NCBI GenBank assembly: GCA_024654625.1
Contig: JANLHB010000005.1
Location: forward strand, 7,191-71,190
Source of the DNA: Patescibacteria group bacterium
GTDB lineage: Bacteria; Patescibacteriota; Minisyncoccia; GCA-002772825
Length of the DNA stretch: 64,000 nt
Reading direction: 5' to 3'
The position numbers were made by a program, and so were the translations under genes. Shown piece after piece: positions 28,193-38,467 of this stretch. The notes under the pieces are model-generated. The model saw only the letters and a list, made by a program, of their open reading frames with translations, was not told where the DNA came from and made no database searches. Within the stretch, counting starts at the first letter, position 1. Each line of letters opens with the position of its first letter.

Positions 28193-28771
28193 ATGAAAGA
28201 ACAGAAAAAGTGTAAAGAGGATAATTATGTAAAAGTGGCAATGATTGTTTTGAAAATCATCGGAACTGCCGGCTTGGTAAGCATGATCTTACTTGCGCCA
28301 AACGCCTTACAAGCTTTAGATGTTTTTTACGGTAAGGACAAAAAGAAATATTATAAAAAGGGGTACCTAGACAGAAGTATAGATAGATTGAAGAGAGGGG
28401 GGTATATTGAATTCAAAAAAAGAAACGGAAGAGTCTTTGTTAGTCTGACTGAGAAAGGAAAAGAAAAATTATTAAAGTATCAACTAGGAGAGCTTAAAAT
28501 TAAAAAATCAAAAAGATGGGATAGAAAATGGCGTATTATAACTTTTGACATAAGAGAATCAAGAAGGGGAGTAAGAAATACGCTAAGGAGAGAATTAGTA
28601 AACCTTGGTTTTATCAAGCTTCAAAATAGTGTCTGGGTTTATCCTTATGACTGCGAAGAAGTTGTCATTATGCTTAAATCTTATTTAAGGGTAGGAAAAG
28701 ATATTCTATATGTCGTTGCGGAGAGAATAGAAAATGATAAATGGTTGAAACAAGAATTTAAACTTATTTAA
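28193..28771 (+). CDS. hypothetical membrane-anchored protein with a winged-helix-like region and a C-terminal motif that resembles the Cas2/VapD fold (QNSVW)
   Basis: N-terminal TM helix. GYLDRSIDRLKRGGYIEF...LTEKGKEKL. RIITFDIRESRRGVRNTLRRELVNLGFIKLQNSVWVYPYD. Its last 13 nt form direct repeat 2. Confidence 0.3.
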   Translation: MKEQKKCKEDNYVKVAMIVLKIIGTAGLVSMILLAPNALQALDVFYGKDKKKYYKKGYLDRSIDRLKRGGYIEFKKRNGRVFVSLTEKGKEKLLKYQLGELKIKKSKRWDRKWRIITFDIRESRRGVRNTLRRELVNLGFIKLQNSVWVYPYDCEEVVIMLKSYLRVGKDILYVVAERIENDKWLKQEFKLI

Positions 28772-28797
28772 CGACCGCACAAAGAGTTAGAAGATTT
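28759..28797 (+). repeat. direct repeat 2 (39 bp), partner of the repeat at 28094-28132
   Basis: See the repeat at 28094-28132. There are 4 mismatches in 39 bp. Confidence 0.7.
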
Positions 28798-28997
28798 TAT
28801 TAAAAATTAAAAAAGCGTTTTTTGGTTTTTTGAACGCCATAGCGGATAAAACTTAGGGTGAGGAGTATGATAGGCGATATGTGAAATAATTTTATTAAGA
28901 GTGCATTCCAATCATCCCAGCCTCCCTTTTTGTGATTTTTATGTTAATATGAAATTATATTAGATGTTTATCTGGTATAAGATTTCTGTTAATTACT

Positions 28998-30350
28998 ATG
29001 GATAATAAAAAAAGTCAAGAAAAAATTGTAACTCGTTTTGCGCCGAGTCCGACAGGGCCGGTGCATTTGGGAAGCGCCAGGACAGCGTTGTTTAATTATC
29101 TTTTTTCAAAACAAAATAAAGGGAAAATGATTCTTAGGATTGAAGATACCGACCCAGTGAGATCCAAGCTGGAATATGAAAAAGACATAATAGACGGTCT
29201 TGATTGGCTTGGAATAAAGTATGATGAGTTTTATCGTCAGTCTGAGAGAAAGGAAGTTTATAAAAGATATCTTAAGAAAATGGTAGAAGAGGGGACGGCT
29301 TACATTTCTAAAGAGGAGCCAAAAGAAGAAGGTCAAAGGAGCGAGGTGATAAGATTTAAGAATCCTAATATAAAAATAAAATTCAATGATTTGATAAGAG
29401 GCGAGATAGAATTTGACACAACAGAGCTCGGGGATTTTGTTGTGGCAAGAGACATGGAAAGCCCTCTTTATCATCTGGCGGTCGCTGTCGATGATTTTGA
29501 AATGGGTGTGACGCATATAATCCGCGGAGATGACGGTATCTCTAATACGCCTCGTCAGATCCTTATCCAAGGCGCCATAGGCGCTATGAGGCCTATATAT
29601 GCGCATATACCGCTTATATTGGGCCCTGATAAGTCTAAATTGTCAAAACGGCACGGTGCAGTTTCCGTGAATAAATATAGAGAAGAGGGGTATATCGCGG
29701 AAGCAATCGTAAATTTCCTCGCTTTATTGGGGTGGTCTCCTCAGGGGAAGGATGGAACAAATGAAGAGGTCTTTTACATGGATGAGCTTATTAAAAAATT
29801 TGATATAAATAAAGTTCAGAAAAGCGGAGCGGTGTTTAACATTGATAAATTAAATTGGATAAATAAGCAGTATATAAGAAATGCCCCGTTAGATAATCTG
29901 GCGGATGTTTTATTTGACTTCTTGTCTGATGATTTAAAAAAAGAAGCTGAAGAAAAGCCTGATTTATGGAAAAGGGTTACAGCGCTTGAAATTGAAAGGA
30001 TAGAGAAATTTAGCGATATTAAAGATTCGGTGGATTATTTTTTTCAAGCGCCCGATTACGAAAAAGAAATGCTTAACTGGAAAGACGAAAAGGATATAAA
30101 TAAAACAAAATCTCATTTAGAATATATTGTTAAAATATTGTGCGACATTAAAGATAGTGATTTTAGTAAAGAGTCTATAAAGGATCTTATTTGGGGTTAC
30201 GCCGATAAAGAAGGAAGGGGTAATGTCTTATGGCCTTTTCGTGTTGCTTTGTCCGGCAGGCAAAAATCACCTGACCCGTTCATCTTAAGTGAAGTGTTGG
30301 GAAAAGAAGAAACTGTTAAACGTCTTAAAAATGCTATTGGGAAAATATAA
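28998..30350 (+). CDS. gltX: glutamyl-tRNA synthetase
   Basis: RFAPSPTGPVHLGSARTALFNY (HIGH) and KLSKRHGA (KMSKS). Confidence 0.85.
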   Translation: MDNKKSQEKIVTRFAPSPTGPVHLGSARTALFNYLFSKQNKGKMILRIEDTDPVRSKLEYEKDIIDGLDWLGIKYDEFYRQSERKEVYKRYLKKMVEEGTAYISKEEPKEEGQRSEVIRFKNPNIKIKFNDLIRGEIEFDTTELGDFVVARDMESPLYHLAVAVDDFEMGVTHIIRGDDGISNTPRQILIQGAIGAMRPIYAHIPLILGPDKSKLSKRHGAVSVNKYREEGYIAEAIVNFLALLGWSPQGKDGTNEEVFYMDELIKKFDINKVQKSGAVFNIDKLNWINKQYIRNAPLDNLADVLFDFLSDDLKKEAEEKPDLWKRVTALEIERIEKFSDIKDSVDYFFQAPDYEKEMLNWKDEKDINKTKSHLEYIVKILCDIKDSDFSKESIKDLIWGYADKEGRGNVLWPFRVALSGRQKSPDPFILSEVLGKEETVKRLKNAIGKI

Positions 30351-31620
30351 AATAATCTTTTTTATATTATTGCTGAGCTTGTTTGTGTCACCATTTTTCT
30401 CTGTGCCACAAGTTAGCATTGCTTCGGTAAACGAGCTTAAAAACAATATCCTAGACAGAAATAATAAACTGAAAGAACTTCAGAAAGAGATTGATGAATA
30501 TGAAGCGGAAATAAAAAGTCTAAGCAAAGAAAAAAATTCATTAAGTAATGAAATAAAAAAGTTGGATGTTACCGAAAAGAAACTTAAGGCGAATATACGT
30601 TATACTGAGGGGCAGATTGAAAAGGCAAGCCTTAGTATAGATAAACTTGCCATTGATATAGACCAAAAAAAAGAAGATATTGATTTAAAAAAAAGAGTTA
30701 TAGCAGAAATTGTAAGAGGGCTTAATGAAGATGAGTCTATGTCAATGATTGAGATGGCGCTTATAAATAATAATTTCTCTGATTTTTTCAGCGACATGGA
30801 AAGGATGGAGAATTTTCAGGAGGCTATAGGTGTTAATCTTGACGAACTCAGCAGGTTTAAAGAAGAGCTTGAGGTACAAAAAAATGATAAAGAAGAAAAT
30901 AAAAAAGAATTAGAAGAGATGAGGGGAAAATTTAAAGATCAGAATTCTTTAGTTCTTATAAATAAAACTAAGAAAAATACTTTACTGAAAGAGACAAAAA
31001 ATAAAGAATCAAATTATAAACAATTGCTTGCAGATAGAATTGCAAAAAAAGAAGCTTTGGAGGAAGAGATTAAGGACTTTGAGAATAAACTTAGAGTGGA
31101 AATAGACCCTGATTCACTGCCGCTTGTCGGGCCCGGTGTCTTGAATTGGCCTATTGATGACGTAAGAATAACTCAATATTTCGGCAATACTCCTTTTGCT
31201 ACAAAAAATCCGCAAGTGTATAATGGGGGCGGTCATAATGGAGTTGATTTTGGTGCAAGCATAGGTACGCCTTTAAAAAGCGCTGAGAAGGGAATTGTCA
31301 TCGGGGTGGGAGATACGGATAAAGAGTGCGCCGGTGTCTCTTATGGAAGGTGGGTTTTAATAGAGCATCCTAATAATTTAACGACACTTTATGCGCACCT
31401 TTCACTTATAAAAGTTACAAAAGGGCAAGAGGTCGCATCGGGCCAGGTTATAGGCTATTCCGGAGATACTGGATATACAACAGGTCCGCATCTTCATTTT
31501 ACTGTATATGCGGCGCGCGCCGTTGATGTCGGGATGATAACAAGCAAGGTTTGTGGGACTAAGATGACTCTTCCTTTGGCTCCTAGAGAATGGTATCTCA
31601 ACCCGTTGTCTTATTTATAA
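30331..31620 (+). CDS. M23-family metallopeptidase with a long N-terminal coiled coil (EnvC-like)
   Basis: HNGVDFGA...LYAHLS...GDTGYTTGPHLHF. The signal peptide starts at the internal M (MLLGKYKIIFF). The annotated ORF start at 30289 overlaps gltX. Confidence 0.65.
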   Translation: MLLGKYKIIFFILLLSLFVSPFFSVPQVSIASVNELKNNILDRNNKLKELQKEIDEYEAEIKSLSKEKNSLSNEIKKLDVTEKKLKANIRYTEGQIEKASLSIDKLAIDIDQKKEDIDLKKRVIAEIVRGLNEDESMSMIEMALINNNFSDFFSDMERMENFQEAIGVNLDELSRFKEELEVQKNDKEENKKELEEMRGKFKDQNSLVLINKTKKNTLLKETKNKESNYKQLLADRIAKKEALEEEIKDFENKLRVEIDPDSLPLVGPGVLNWPIDDVRITQYFGNTPFATKNPQVYNGGGHNGVDFGASIGTPLKSAEKGIVIGVGDTDKECAGVSYGRWVLIEHPNNLTTLYAHLSLIKVTKGQEVASGQVIGYSGDTGYTTGPHLHFTVYAARAVDVGMITSKVCGTKMTLPLAPREWYLNPLSYL

Positions 31621-31642
31621 ATGATGTTTATAATATAAATAT

Positions 31643-31972
31643 ATGTTTTTAAAGAATGGCGCAATTTCACGCCAAGGAGGATTGATAAAGATGATTATCA
31701 TTTTTATCATAGTTATCCTTATATTGAGCGTCTTGAATATAGATATAAGAAGTATCGTGGAAAGCGAAGAGGTGCAGACTAATTTCTCTTATATTTGGAA
31801 TTTTGCAAAAATAGTCTGGTCTGATTATCTTTCTGATCCCGTAACTTATTTTTGGAATAATATCTTTATAAGCTTATTATGGACATCTTTTGTAGATAAT
31901 ATGGAGAGAATCAAAGCGGGTGAGCCTACGGAGATGATGCTAAACGCCCCTAGGATAGACTTCGTTCAATAG
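31643..31972 (+). CDS. hypothetical small membrane protein
   Basis: ORF with an N-terminal TM helix. Confidence 0.25.
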   Translation: MFLKNGAISRQGGLIKMIIIFIIVILILSVLNIDIRSIVESEEVQTNFSYIWNFAKIVWSDYLSDPVTYFWNNIFISLLWTSFVDNMERIKAGEPTEMMLNAPRIDFVQ

Positions 31973-32126
31973 AGAATGATATATTACGACGTAAAAGGTA
32001 TATTGTACGACATAGTATCTTTTTCTTAACTCTACTCCCCTTAACTATAAAACATCATATAAATCAAACAGGCTTTATTATGGGCCTGCTTTTTATTTAT
32101 ATGATATAATTGATATAATCTTTTTT

Positions 32127-33302
32127 ATGAGAACATCTTATTCAGCGTTAGACACTTATAGGACTTGTCCGCTTAAGTATAAATACCAGAATCTTGATAA
32201 AATTCCTGCGCCAAAGCGTATTGAGGCCGTTTTTGGCTCTTTGGTCCACTCAGCGCTGAAATTTATGTTTGAGCGCGGTCCCCTATACCCCGCACTTGAT
32301 GAGGTTATTGACGTGTTTACCGATAAATGGAATAAGAAATCCGAGTTGATAGAATGGCCAAACCCTGACAAGAAAGAAGCATTTGAAAAACTTTATTTTG
32401 AAGAAGGGATAAAAATTATAAAAAATTTTTACAAGAAAAATCAGCCGTGGAAGTTTAACGCTGTGGAACTTGAAAGCCGCTTTAGTGTAACCTTGCACGA
32501 TGACGAAACTGACGAAGATCATACTATTATTGGTATCATAGACAGGATAGATAAGGATCCTGAAAGCGACGAGTATGAGATTATTGATTATAAGACAGGC
32601 AAGAAAATGCCGAGTGCTGAAACACTGAAAGACAATCTACAACTTTCTCTCTATCATATGGCTCTTCAAGACAGGTGGCCTAATCTCCCCGCTTCAAAGA
32701 TAAAGTTGTCATTATATTTCCTTAAGCATAATGAAAAGATAACCGCAGAGAAAGAAAATCCTGAAGAAGATATAAAGAAGACGAGAAGTTTTATCTTGGC
32801 CACCATAAAAGAGGTCAAGGAAAAGGAAGAAAAAAACAGTTTCTCCCCTTCCCCGTCAGCATTGTGCGATTATTGCGGATATAAGAAGATCTGTCCAATG
32901 TGGTCGCACGAATATAAGAAAGATAAACCGGAAACAAAAAGTGAGAAAGAGATTAATGAAGCTATAACTGAATTTTTTGAGATAAAAGAAAATGAAGAAA
33001 AAAATAAAAAAAGATTGAAAGAGCTCCGTGAGGATATATTGGCATTTATGGAGTCTAGTAATGTCGCGCGTGTCTTTGGTTCGCGCGGGTTTATCACAAA
33101 AAATGTGCAGGAAAGATTCTCATTTGATATGGAAAAGGTAAAGGAAATATTGCTTCCGGAGAATAAGTGGGAAGAAGTTTTAACACCGGATGATAGAAAA
33201 TTAAATAAACTCCTCTCTCTCTTGCCAACTAAACTGCAAGATAAGATATTGTCTTTTAGAAATAAAAAAGAATTTATTGTTTTGAAGCAGACGAAGAAAT
33301 AA
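32127..33302 (+). CDS. PD-(D/E)XK nuclease with a C-terminal Cys cluster (Cas4/RecB-family-like, Fe-S-type)
   Basis: CPLKYKY near the N-terminus, GIIDRIDKD...EIIDYKTGKK (D...E-x-K) and CDYCGYKKICPMW. Confidence 0.5.
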   Translation: MRTSYSALDTYRTCPLKYKYQNLDKIPAPKRIEAVFGSLVHSALKFMFERGPLYPALDEVIDVFTDKWNKKSELIEWPNPDKKEAFEKLYFEEGIKIIKNFYKKNQPWKFNAVELESRFSVTLHDDETDEDHTIIGIIDRIDKDPESDEYEIIDYKTGKKMPSAETLKDNLQLSLYHMALQDRWPNLPASKIKLSLYFLKHNEKITAEKENPEEDIKKTRSFILATIKEVKEKEEKNSFSPSPSALCDYCGYKKICPMWSHEYKKDKPETKSEKEINEAITEFFEIKENEEKNKKRLKELREDILAFMESSNVARVFGSRGFITKNVQERFSFDMEKVKEILLPENKWEEVLTPDDRKLNKLLSLLPTKLQDKILSFRNKKEFIVLKQTKK

Positions 33303-33308
33303 TTTATA

Positions 33309-34094
33309 CTACAGACTGTTTACCGGCCTCAGAGAACTGGCAATGAATTGTATCTCGGATTTAGACATCCATGTTGACCCGGCATACTCTATTCTGACCA
33401 TTAGGTCGTTATATGTTGTTATAGCTACTATGTTATATACACTGGTGCTATTATCCGTGAGGACGAGATCAGATTCACTTGTATATATATCTTGTCCGTC
33501 TATAGATGTTTTGCTTAGATCTTTCCCGGAAGAGACATTGGTAAAGAGCTCTCCGGTGGTTTTATTGTCCGGTGTGAAGCCAGATCTTATTGGGAATATT
33601 GATACTTCTATAACCCCCACGCCTATCTTCTTATAAGTAAAGTCTATGGAATTAATCTTACCTGACTTATTGTAATTTATATTAGTTTTGTCTTTTTCCA
33701 GATTGTACCCTAGTGGAATCTTTTTCGGTAGATATATAGTGAAGGGTGCTTCCTTCTGGATCTCTTTTACGGAAGAATAATCGATACCGATGACAAATGT
33801 CCATAATTTAAATTGGTATATGCTAAAGACCGCTCCGATCATAAGGATAATTATGGCTACTTGCCATATTGCCCGTCCCTTTTTTTTGCTCGTTGTTTCC
33901 TCCTCTCTTTCTATGGCATCATTCTCAATCTTGTCGGGAGCAGTAAGGGATCCGGTAAAAGTTTTCGGGTCGCCTATAAACAATGCGCATTTAGGACAAA
34001 ATAAAAGATCATTTTTTATGATAAGTTCATTATGGCAAAATGGGCACTTTTGATTTGCCAATTTTTGATTTTCACTATTATTACCTTCTGGCAT
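33309..34094 (-). CDS. hypothetical membrane protein with an N-terminal zinc ribbon
   Basis: CPFCHNELIIKNDLLFCPKC, then a TM helix and an extracytoplasmic domain. Confidence 0.35.
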   Translation of the reverse strand: MPEGNNSENQKLANQKCPFCHNELIIKNDLLFCPKCALFIGDPKTFTGSLTAPDKIENDAIEREEETTSKKKGRAIWQVAIIILMIGAVFSIYQFKLWTFVIGIDYSSVKEIQKEAPFTIYLPKKIPLGYNLEKDKTNINYNKSGKINSIDFTYKKIGVGVIEVSIFPIRSGFTPDNKTTGELFTNVSSGKDLSKTSIDGQDIYTSESDLVLTDNSTSVYNIVAITTYNDLMVRIEYAGSTWMSKSEIQFIASSLRPVNSL

Positions 34095-34156
34095 GTTTAC
34101 TATATATTATATCAGAACTCAACTTCCTCAAGGCACTTTGAGGAAGTTGAGGAAGT

Positions 34157-34969
34157 TTACTTTATCTCGTATTGTATAGTGACGTTAACAATAATTTCTT
34201 GCGAGCCGGGCTCTATTTGAGGCGCTGAAGCATCTTTAGTTTCCGTTATTGATGCCCCACTAATCCCGTAGCGGATAAAAGGTGTCGAATATCCTTCGTT
34301 TATTGAGATTATATCCCCTACTCTGAATTTTGCGGATTTTGCTATTTCTTTAGCTTTCTCGCGGGCTTCTTTAATAGCGGCGTCTCTTGCCTCTTTTTCA
34401 ATTTCCTTTTGATTATCTATTGTAAAGGTCAATGATGACACATCATTGGCGCCATTTTTAACGACTCCGCTTAATACTTCGCCAGTTTTGCTAAAATCTC
34501 TTAGTTTAACAGATATGGTTTGTCTTATGGTGTAGCCTACTATTTCACTTGGCGGACAAGGTTCTTGCGCAGGATATATAGTATCTATTCCGGTACTATA
34601 CAAAGGTCTTATCCCGCAATTATAATACTGATACCTTGGTTCTATGTTGTAACTTTGAGTTTTTATATCCTTATTCTCAACTCCATTTGCTTTTATAAAA
34701 TCAATCGCTTTGTTTGATTTGCTAGTGTTTTCTTTCTGAAGTTCGGCTATATCAACCCCTCCCTCAGTTATAATACTGAAAGTAAATTGGGCGATGTCAG
34801 GAATGGCTGTTACTTTCCCTTCGCCTGATACGGAGAAACTTCTTAGAGATGCCGGGTCTATTGACCTGGAGTAAGAAGATGCCAATGAAAGCGCAGTGTA
34901 AGATAATACAAGCATTATGAATATTCCGGTTATTTTTAGATATTTTTTTATACGATCTTCTTGATTCAT
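34157..34969 (-). CDS. SIMPL/DUF541-like periplasmic protein
   Basis: Signal anchor. The size and layout (GEGKVTAIPDIAQFTFSI...) fit the SIMPL family. Weak. Confidence 0.4.
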   Translation of the reverse strand: MNQEDRIKKYLKITGIFIMLVLSYTALSLASSYSRSIDPASLRSFSVSGEGKVTAIPDIAQFTFSIITEGGVDIAELQKENTSKSNKAIDFIKANGVENKDIKTQSYNIEPRYQYYNCGIRPLYSTGIDTIYPAQEPCPPSEIVGYTIRQTISVKLRDFSKTGEVLSGVVKNGANDVSSLTFTIDNQKEIEKEARDAAIKEAREKAKEIAKSAKFRVGDIISINEGYSTPFIRYGISGASITETKDASAPQIEPGSQEIIVNVTIQYEIK

Positions 34970-35068
34970 ATTATTTTTTTATTAGATTGATAATTTTCGA
35001 CTAGCTGATCTTATTTATTAATTATAATCCTTATTTTTAAAAATACTAATAGATATAAAGCAAAGAAA

Positions 35069-36040
35069 TTAATCCCTGTCCTCGTCTCCCCTGTTGCTTT
35101 CTTGATCTTCAGATTTATCCTCATTCTCATATATCTCTTTCATTACCTTTTCTCGGATTTCTTTCCTAGATTCTTCTCTGCTTTTAATAACTCCTCTCTT
35201 ATCTTCTTTATTCTTTATAGAATATCCCGATCCCTTATTGGACTCCTCCTCTTCGAGGTTATACTTATTTTCACTCTCTTTTATTTCCTTAGTTTCTTCT
35301 CTTTTTTTTGTCTCTAATCTTTCTAAGATTTCTTTGTTGATTCTTACTTCGACAAGCTCGTCTATTAATGTTTCTTTGGCAGCTGATTCCTCTCTAATCG
35401 TTTTTTTAATATTTTTTTCTAATTCTTTTTGCTTATTTTCTGTTTTCACCCTCTTTTCTTTTAGTATTTTTTCTAACGTCTCTTTATTTCTATTTATATC
35501 TTGATTTATATTTGTTGTTTCTTCTTCAAGTTTAACGGTTAGAGATTTTTCTGCTTCTATTATATCTGTAACTCTTGTAAGATTCTTTTCAAGCTGACTT
35601 AGAGCGATTTCCAGGTCTTCAGATTCGATTTCTGTTTTTTCTAAAACTTCTTTTATTTCATTGATTCGCTTTTCCGCAAAGCCCATACTTAGTTTCGCTT
35701 TCTCTTTATTTTTTAGTGCAACTACGGAGCGAACTTCTTCGGTAAATATTTTTACAAGGTATAGTTTTTCGCCAGGTAGGCTTCCCTGTGATGCGGTTGC
35801 AACACTAGTGCCCAAAAGTACGATGATCATAAATACAGCAATAGAAACTTGGGTCACTCGCAACCCAAATATGCTCTTTAGAGTTTCGTGTATAGGGTTT
35901 AGGGCTTTCCTTTCATCAGCGCCAGGGCAAGTATTCACCAACACTTCAAGCCTCGTCTTTAATGAGTTTAAGAAAATCTTATCAACAGGCTTTCTTCGCA
36001 GCCTCTTTAATTCTCTGATTATTCTTATCTTTTTAATCAT
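35069..36040 (-). CDS. putative anti-sigma factor (single TM helix, long K/E-rich coiled coil)
   Basis: It lies immediately downstream of, and overlaps, the ECF sigma gene. One TM helix follows an N-terminal cytoplasmic segment. Confidence 0.35.
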   Translation of the reverse strand: MIKKIRIIRELKRLRRKPVDKIFLNSLKTRLEVLVNTCPGADERKALNPIHETLKSIFGLRVTQVSIAVFMIIVLLGTSVATASQGSLPGEKLYLVKIFTEEVRSVVALKNKEKAKLSMGFAEKRINEIKEVLEKTEIESEDLEIALSQLEKNLTRVTDIIEAEKSLTVKLEEETTNINQDINRNKETLEKILKEKRVKTENKQKELEKNIKKTIREESAAKETLIDELVEVRINKEILERLETKKREETKEIKESENKYNLEEEESNKGSGYSIKNKEDKRGVIKSREESRKEIREKVMKEIYENEDKSEDQESNRGDEDRD

Positions 36041-36554
36041 ATTTTATCGTCTCTCTTAATGATTTTAATCCTCTATGGATAATCACTCTTATGTTCTCTT
36101 TTGTCTTGCCTGTCAGTTTGCTTATCTCAGGGATACTAAGGTCGTCAATGTATCTGTAGACAAGTATCTGTTTTTGGTCGTCTTTAAGCCTGAGCAATGA
36201 CGCTTCTATTAATTCTTTATCAAACGATTTTTCAATTTCTTTTTCTTGTTGGGCTTCAGTGGCGATAAATTCTTCACTTATGTCATCGATTGCCACTGTG
36301 ATTTTATTTTTTTGCCTGTAATGGTCAATTATAAGATTATTGGCCACTTTATAGAGAAAGGTCTTTAAGTTTGCTATTTCTTTATCTTTTTCTGATATGT
36401 ATCGCCATGTTTTGAAAAAAGTTTCCTGTGTTAAATCTTCAGCAAGCTCCTTATTACCTACTCTAAAGTAGATATGCCTCAGTATATTTTGAGCATAATC
36501 GTCGTAGGCTGTTAAAAAACGTTTTTTCATATATATAGACGGTGTTATTGCCAA
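36033..36554 (-). CDS. ECF-family RNA polymerase sigma factor
   Basis: Region 2 (LTQETFFKTWRYI) and region 4 (LSIPEISKLTGKTKENIRVIIHRGLKSLR). Confidence 0.7.
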   Translation of the reverse strand: MAITPSIYMKKRFLTAYDDYAQNILRHIYFRVGNKELAEDLTQETFFKTWRYISEKDKEIANLKTFLYKVANNLIIDHYRQKNKITVAIDDISEEFIATEAQQEKEIEKSFDKELIEASLLRLKDDQKQILVYRYIDDLSIPEISKLTGKTKENIRVIIHRGLKSLRETIKYD

Positions 36555-36598
36555 AAAATTACACTATTTGGCGTAATTTGGCAACAGCTTTGATTTTT

Positions 36599-36844
36599 TT
36601 ACATTAGGCCTGAGAATTTTTGGGCAACTGCCATTTGGGCTTGTTTAACGGCTTTATTGAAGCAGTTTTTTAATACTATTTCTTGTTTTTCTTTGTTAAG
36701 TTCCTGATTCAATAAGATTTCTTCTGCCATAAAGGCGCCGTTTATTACGACACGAGTCCCCTCCTCTTCTACTGTTATCTTTTCATTTTGGATATCTCTT
36801 GAGATATCTTTCATTTGTTTTAGTTGTCTTAGTTTATCAAACAT
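36599..36844 (-). CDS. YbaB/EbfC-like nucleoid-associated protein (tentative)
   Basis: An 81-aa protein whose size and pattern, ...ITVEEEGTRVVINGAF..., resemble YbaB. Confidence 0.35.
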   Translation of the reverse strand: MFDKLRQLKQMKDISRDIQNEKITVEEEGTRVVINGAFMAEEILLNQELNKEKQEIVLKNCFNKAVKQAQMAVAQKFSGLM

Positions 36845-36921
36845 ATATTTATTTACCCGTTTCTATTTGAAATTAGGGTTTTACCCCGCCAATAGGAAGG
36901 GCGTGGTTTCCCTCGTCTCTT

Positions 36922-37374
36922 TTAATCGGCAGGTTTTATTTTATCTATTAATTCAAAAGGGCGCTCATGGTAATAATTACCCTTAGCTATGAATTTTATT
37001 TTTGATTGTAAATTTTTCGGCATCGATTCTTCCACCATTTTATATAAATAATCAGGAGTAAAAAGATAAATACTTGTTATCTCATATTTAGATTGGATAT
37101 TTTTGATATACGCTTTCATCTCTTTTAAAAATTCTTGAAGATATTCTTTTTTTAAAGGTTCTTTAACTGAACCGGAAGAAGCTACTTTGCCGCCATTGCC
37201 AGCCCTGCCGAAAAATCCCTCATTGTCTGAAAAATGAATTTTATCAAGTTTGAATGAGTCAATCTTGTTAATCTCTCCGTCTGAGGCTATATGGAAAAGA
37301 GCTTCCATTGCTCCGGTTACGATAATAAGCGCTTTTTCGCCTGTAAATTGGTGTAATTTTTTAGTAATTTTCAT
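36922..37374 (-). CDS. hypothetical protein
   Basis: ORF only. Confidence 0.25.
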   Translation of the reverse strand: MKITKKLHQFTGEKALIIVTGAMEALFHIASDGEINKIDSFKLDKIHFSDNEGFFGRAGNGGKVASSGSVKEPLKKEYLQEFLKEMKAYIKNIQSKYEITSIYLFTPDYLYKMVEESMPKNLQSKIKFIAKGNYYHERPFELIDKIKPAD

Positions 37375-37502
37375 ATCTATATTATATCACTAAAAAACGT
37401 AGTGTAAACAATACCGGTTCTGGGCGTAAATCTAAAAGGTGAGACCTTTTTAAAAAGGTCTCACCTTTTAAAAACGCTAGCGTTGAGCCGTTTAGGTTAT
37501 TC

Positions 37503-38279
37503 TTATGAAAGTTTTTTAGAATCTTTTGCTTTATACTCCCCTACACTGGTGCGTATGAGCGAGAAAAGGATTGCGCTTGTGCCGAGCCTTTTTCCAAGTT
37601 CATGCGTTATGGATCTGATGTATGTACCGCTTGATACTAAGAATCTTATCTTCACTATTTTAAATGTTTGGTCACCTTTATCTTTTAACATTTTCTCCCA
37701 CCTGTTTTTTATCTCACTTTGCCTAAAGTCTCCAGAAACTTTGTCAATACGATTAACTATTGTTTTAATAAGATTTTCTAATCTAATATCATAACTTTTT
37801 AAAAATTCGATATCACGCACCTCTGTCTTTCTAAGCGGTATTTCAATCTCATTCAATTTCCCTTCTCTTGCCCAAGAAAAAAGAGGTTTGCCTTTTATCT
37901 TGTATGAAGAGTACGGAGGAAGCGGTAAAGAGATTTCTCCATGAAATTTTTCAAGCTCTTTCTTTATCTCTTCGCCCGAGACCTCATTCTTTTCTGCTCT
38001 CAATGGTAAGCCCAGGATGTCATAAGTATCCGTTTCAAAGCCGAAGAGAATCTCGGCCTCATACTCTTTTTCCATTTTTAGATAATAGTCTTTCTTATGG
38101 ACATTATCTCCGACTAGTATTAAAAGTACGCCCTCTGCCATGGGGTCAAGTCGGCCGGCGTAGGTCATTTTTAGCCCCCAGGGGGCTTCATTTTGGGCTA
38201 GAAAGCGCTTTATGGCTTCAAGCGGTGAAAGGCCAAGGGGCTTATAAATGTTTAAAATTTCGCTCTGCATAGTCTTCAT
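37503..38279 (-). CDS. truB: tRNA pseudouridine(55) synthase
   Basis: YAGRLDPMAEGVLLILVGD. Confidence 0.8.
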   Translation of the reverse strand: MKTMQSEILNIYKPLGLSPLEAIKRFLAQNEAPWGLKMTYAGRLDPMAEGVLLILVGDNVHKKDYYLKMEKEYEAEILFGFETDTYDILGLPLRAEKNEVSGEEIKKELEKFHGEISLPLPPYSSYKIKGKPLFSWAREGKLNEIEIPLRKTEVRDIEFLKSYDIRLENLIKTIVNRIDKVSGDFRQSEIKNRWEKMLKDKGDQTFKIVKIRFLVSSGTYIRSITHELGKRLGTSAILFSLIRTSVGEYKAKDSKKLS

Positions 38280-38467
38280 AGTAAGATTAAGGGGAGTAAT
38301 GTCAATCCGCCGCGGCGGATTGACATAGTATGAATCAAATAAAAAAAGGCGTCGTGAGGGGTCACGACGCCTTTGTATAAGTGTAAAGGTCTGTTTAAAT
38401 TATTTTATACTATAAGCCCATAACGCATAATTGTTTTTAGGGGTTATACGTGTTATAAAAATCAAAT

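Noticed and set aside
35069-36040. Low-complexity K/E-rich repeats in the 323-aa coiled-coil protein, which might be mistaken for tandem DNA repeats.
   Set aside because: The repetition is at the amino-acid-composition level (a charged coiled coil). There are no exact nucleotide tandem repeats.
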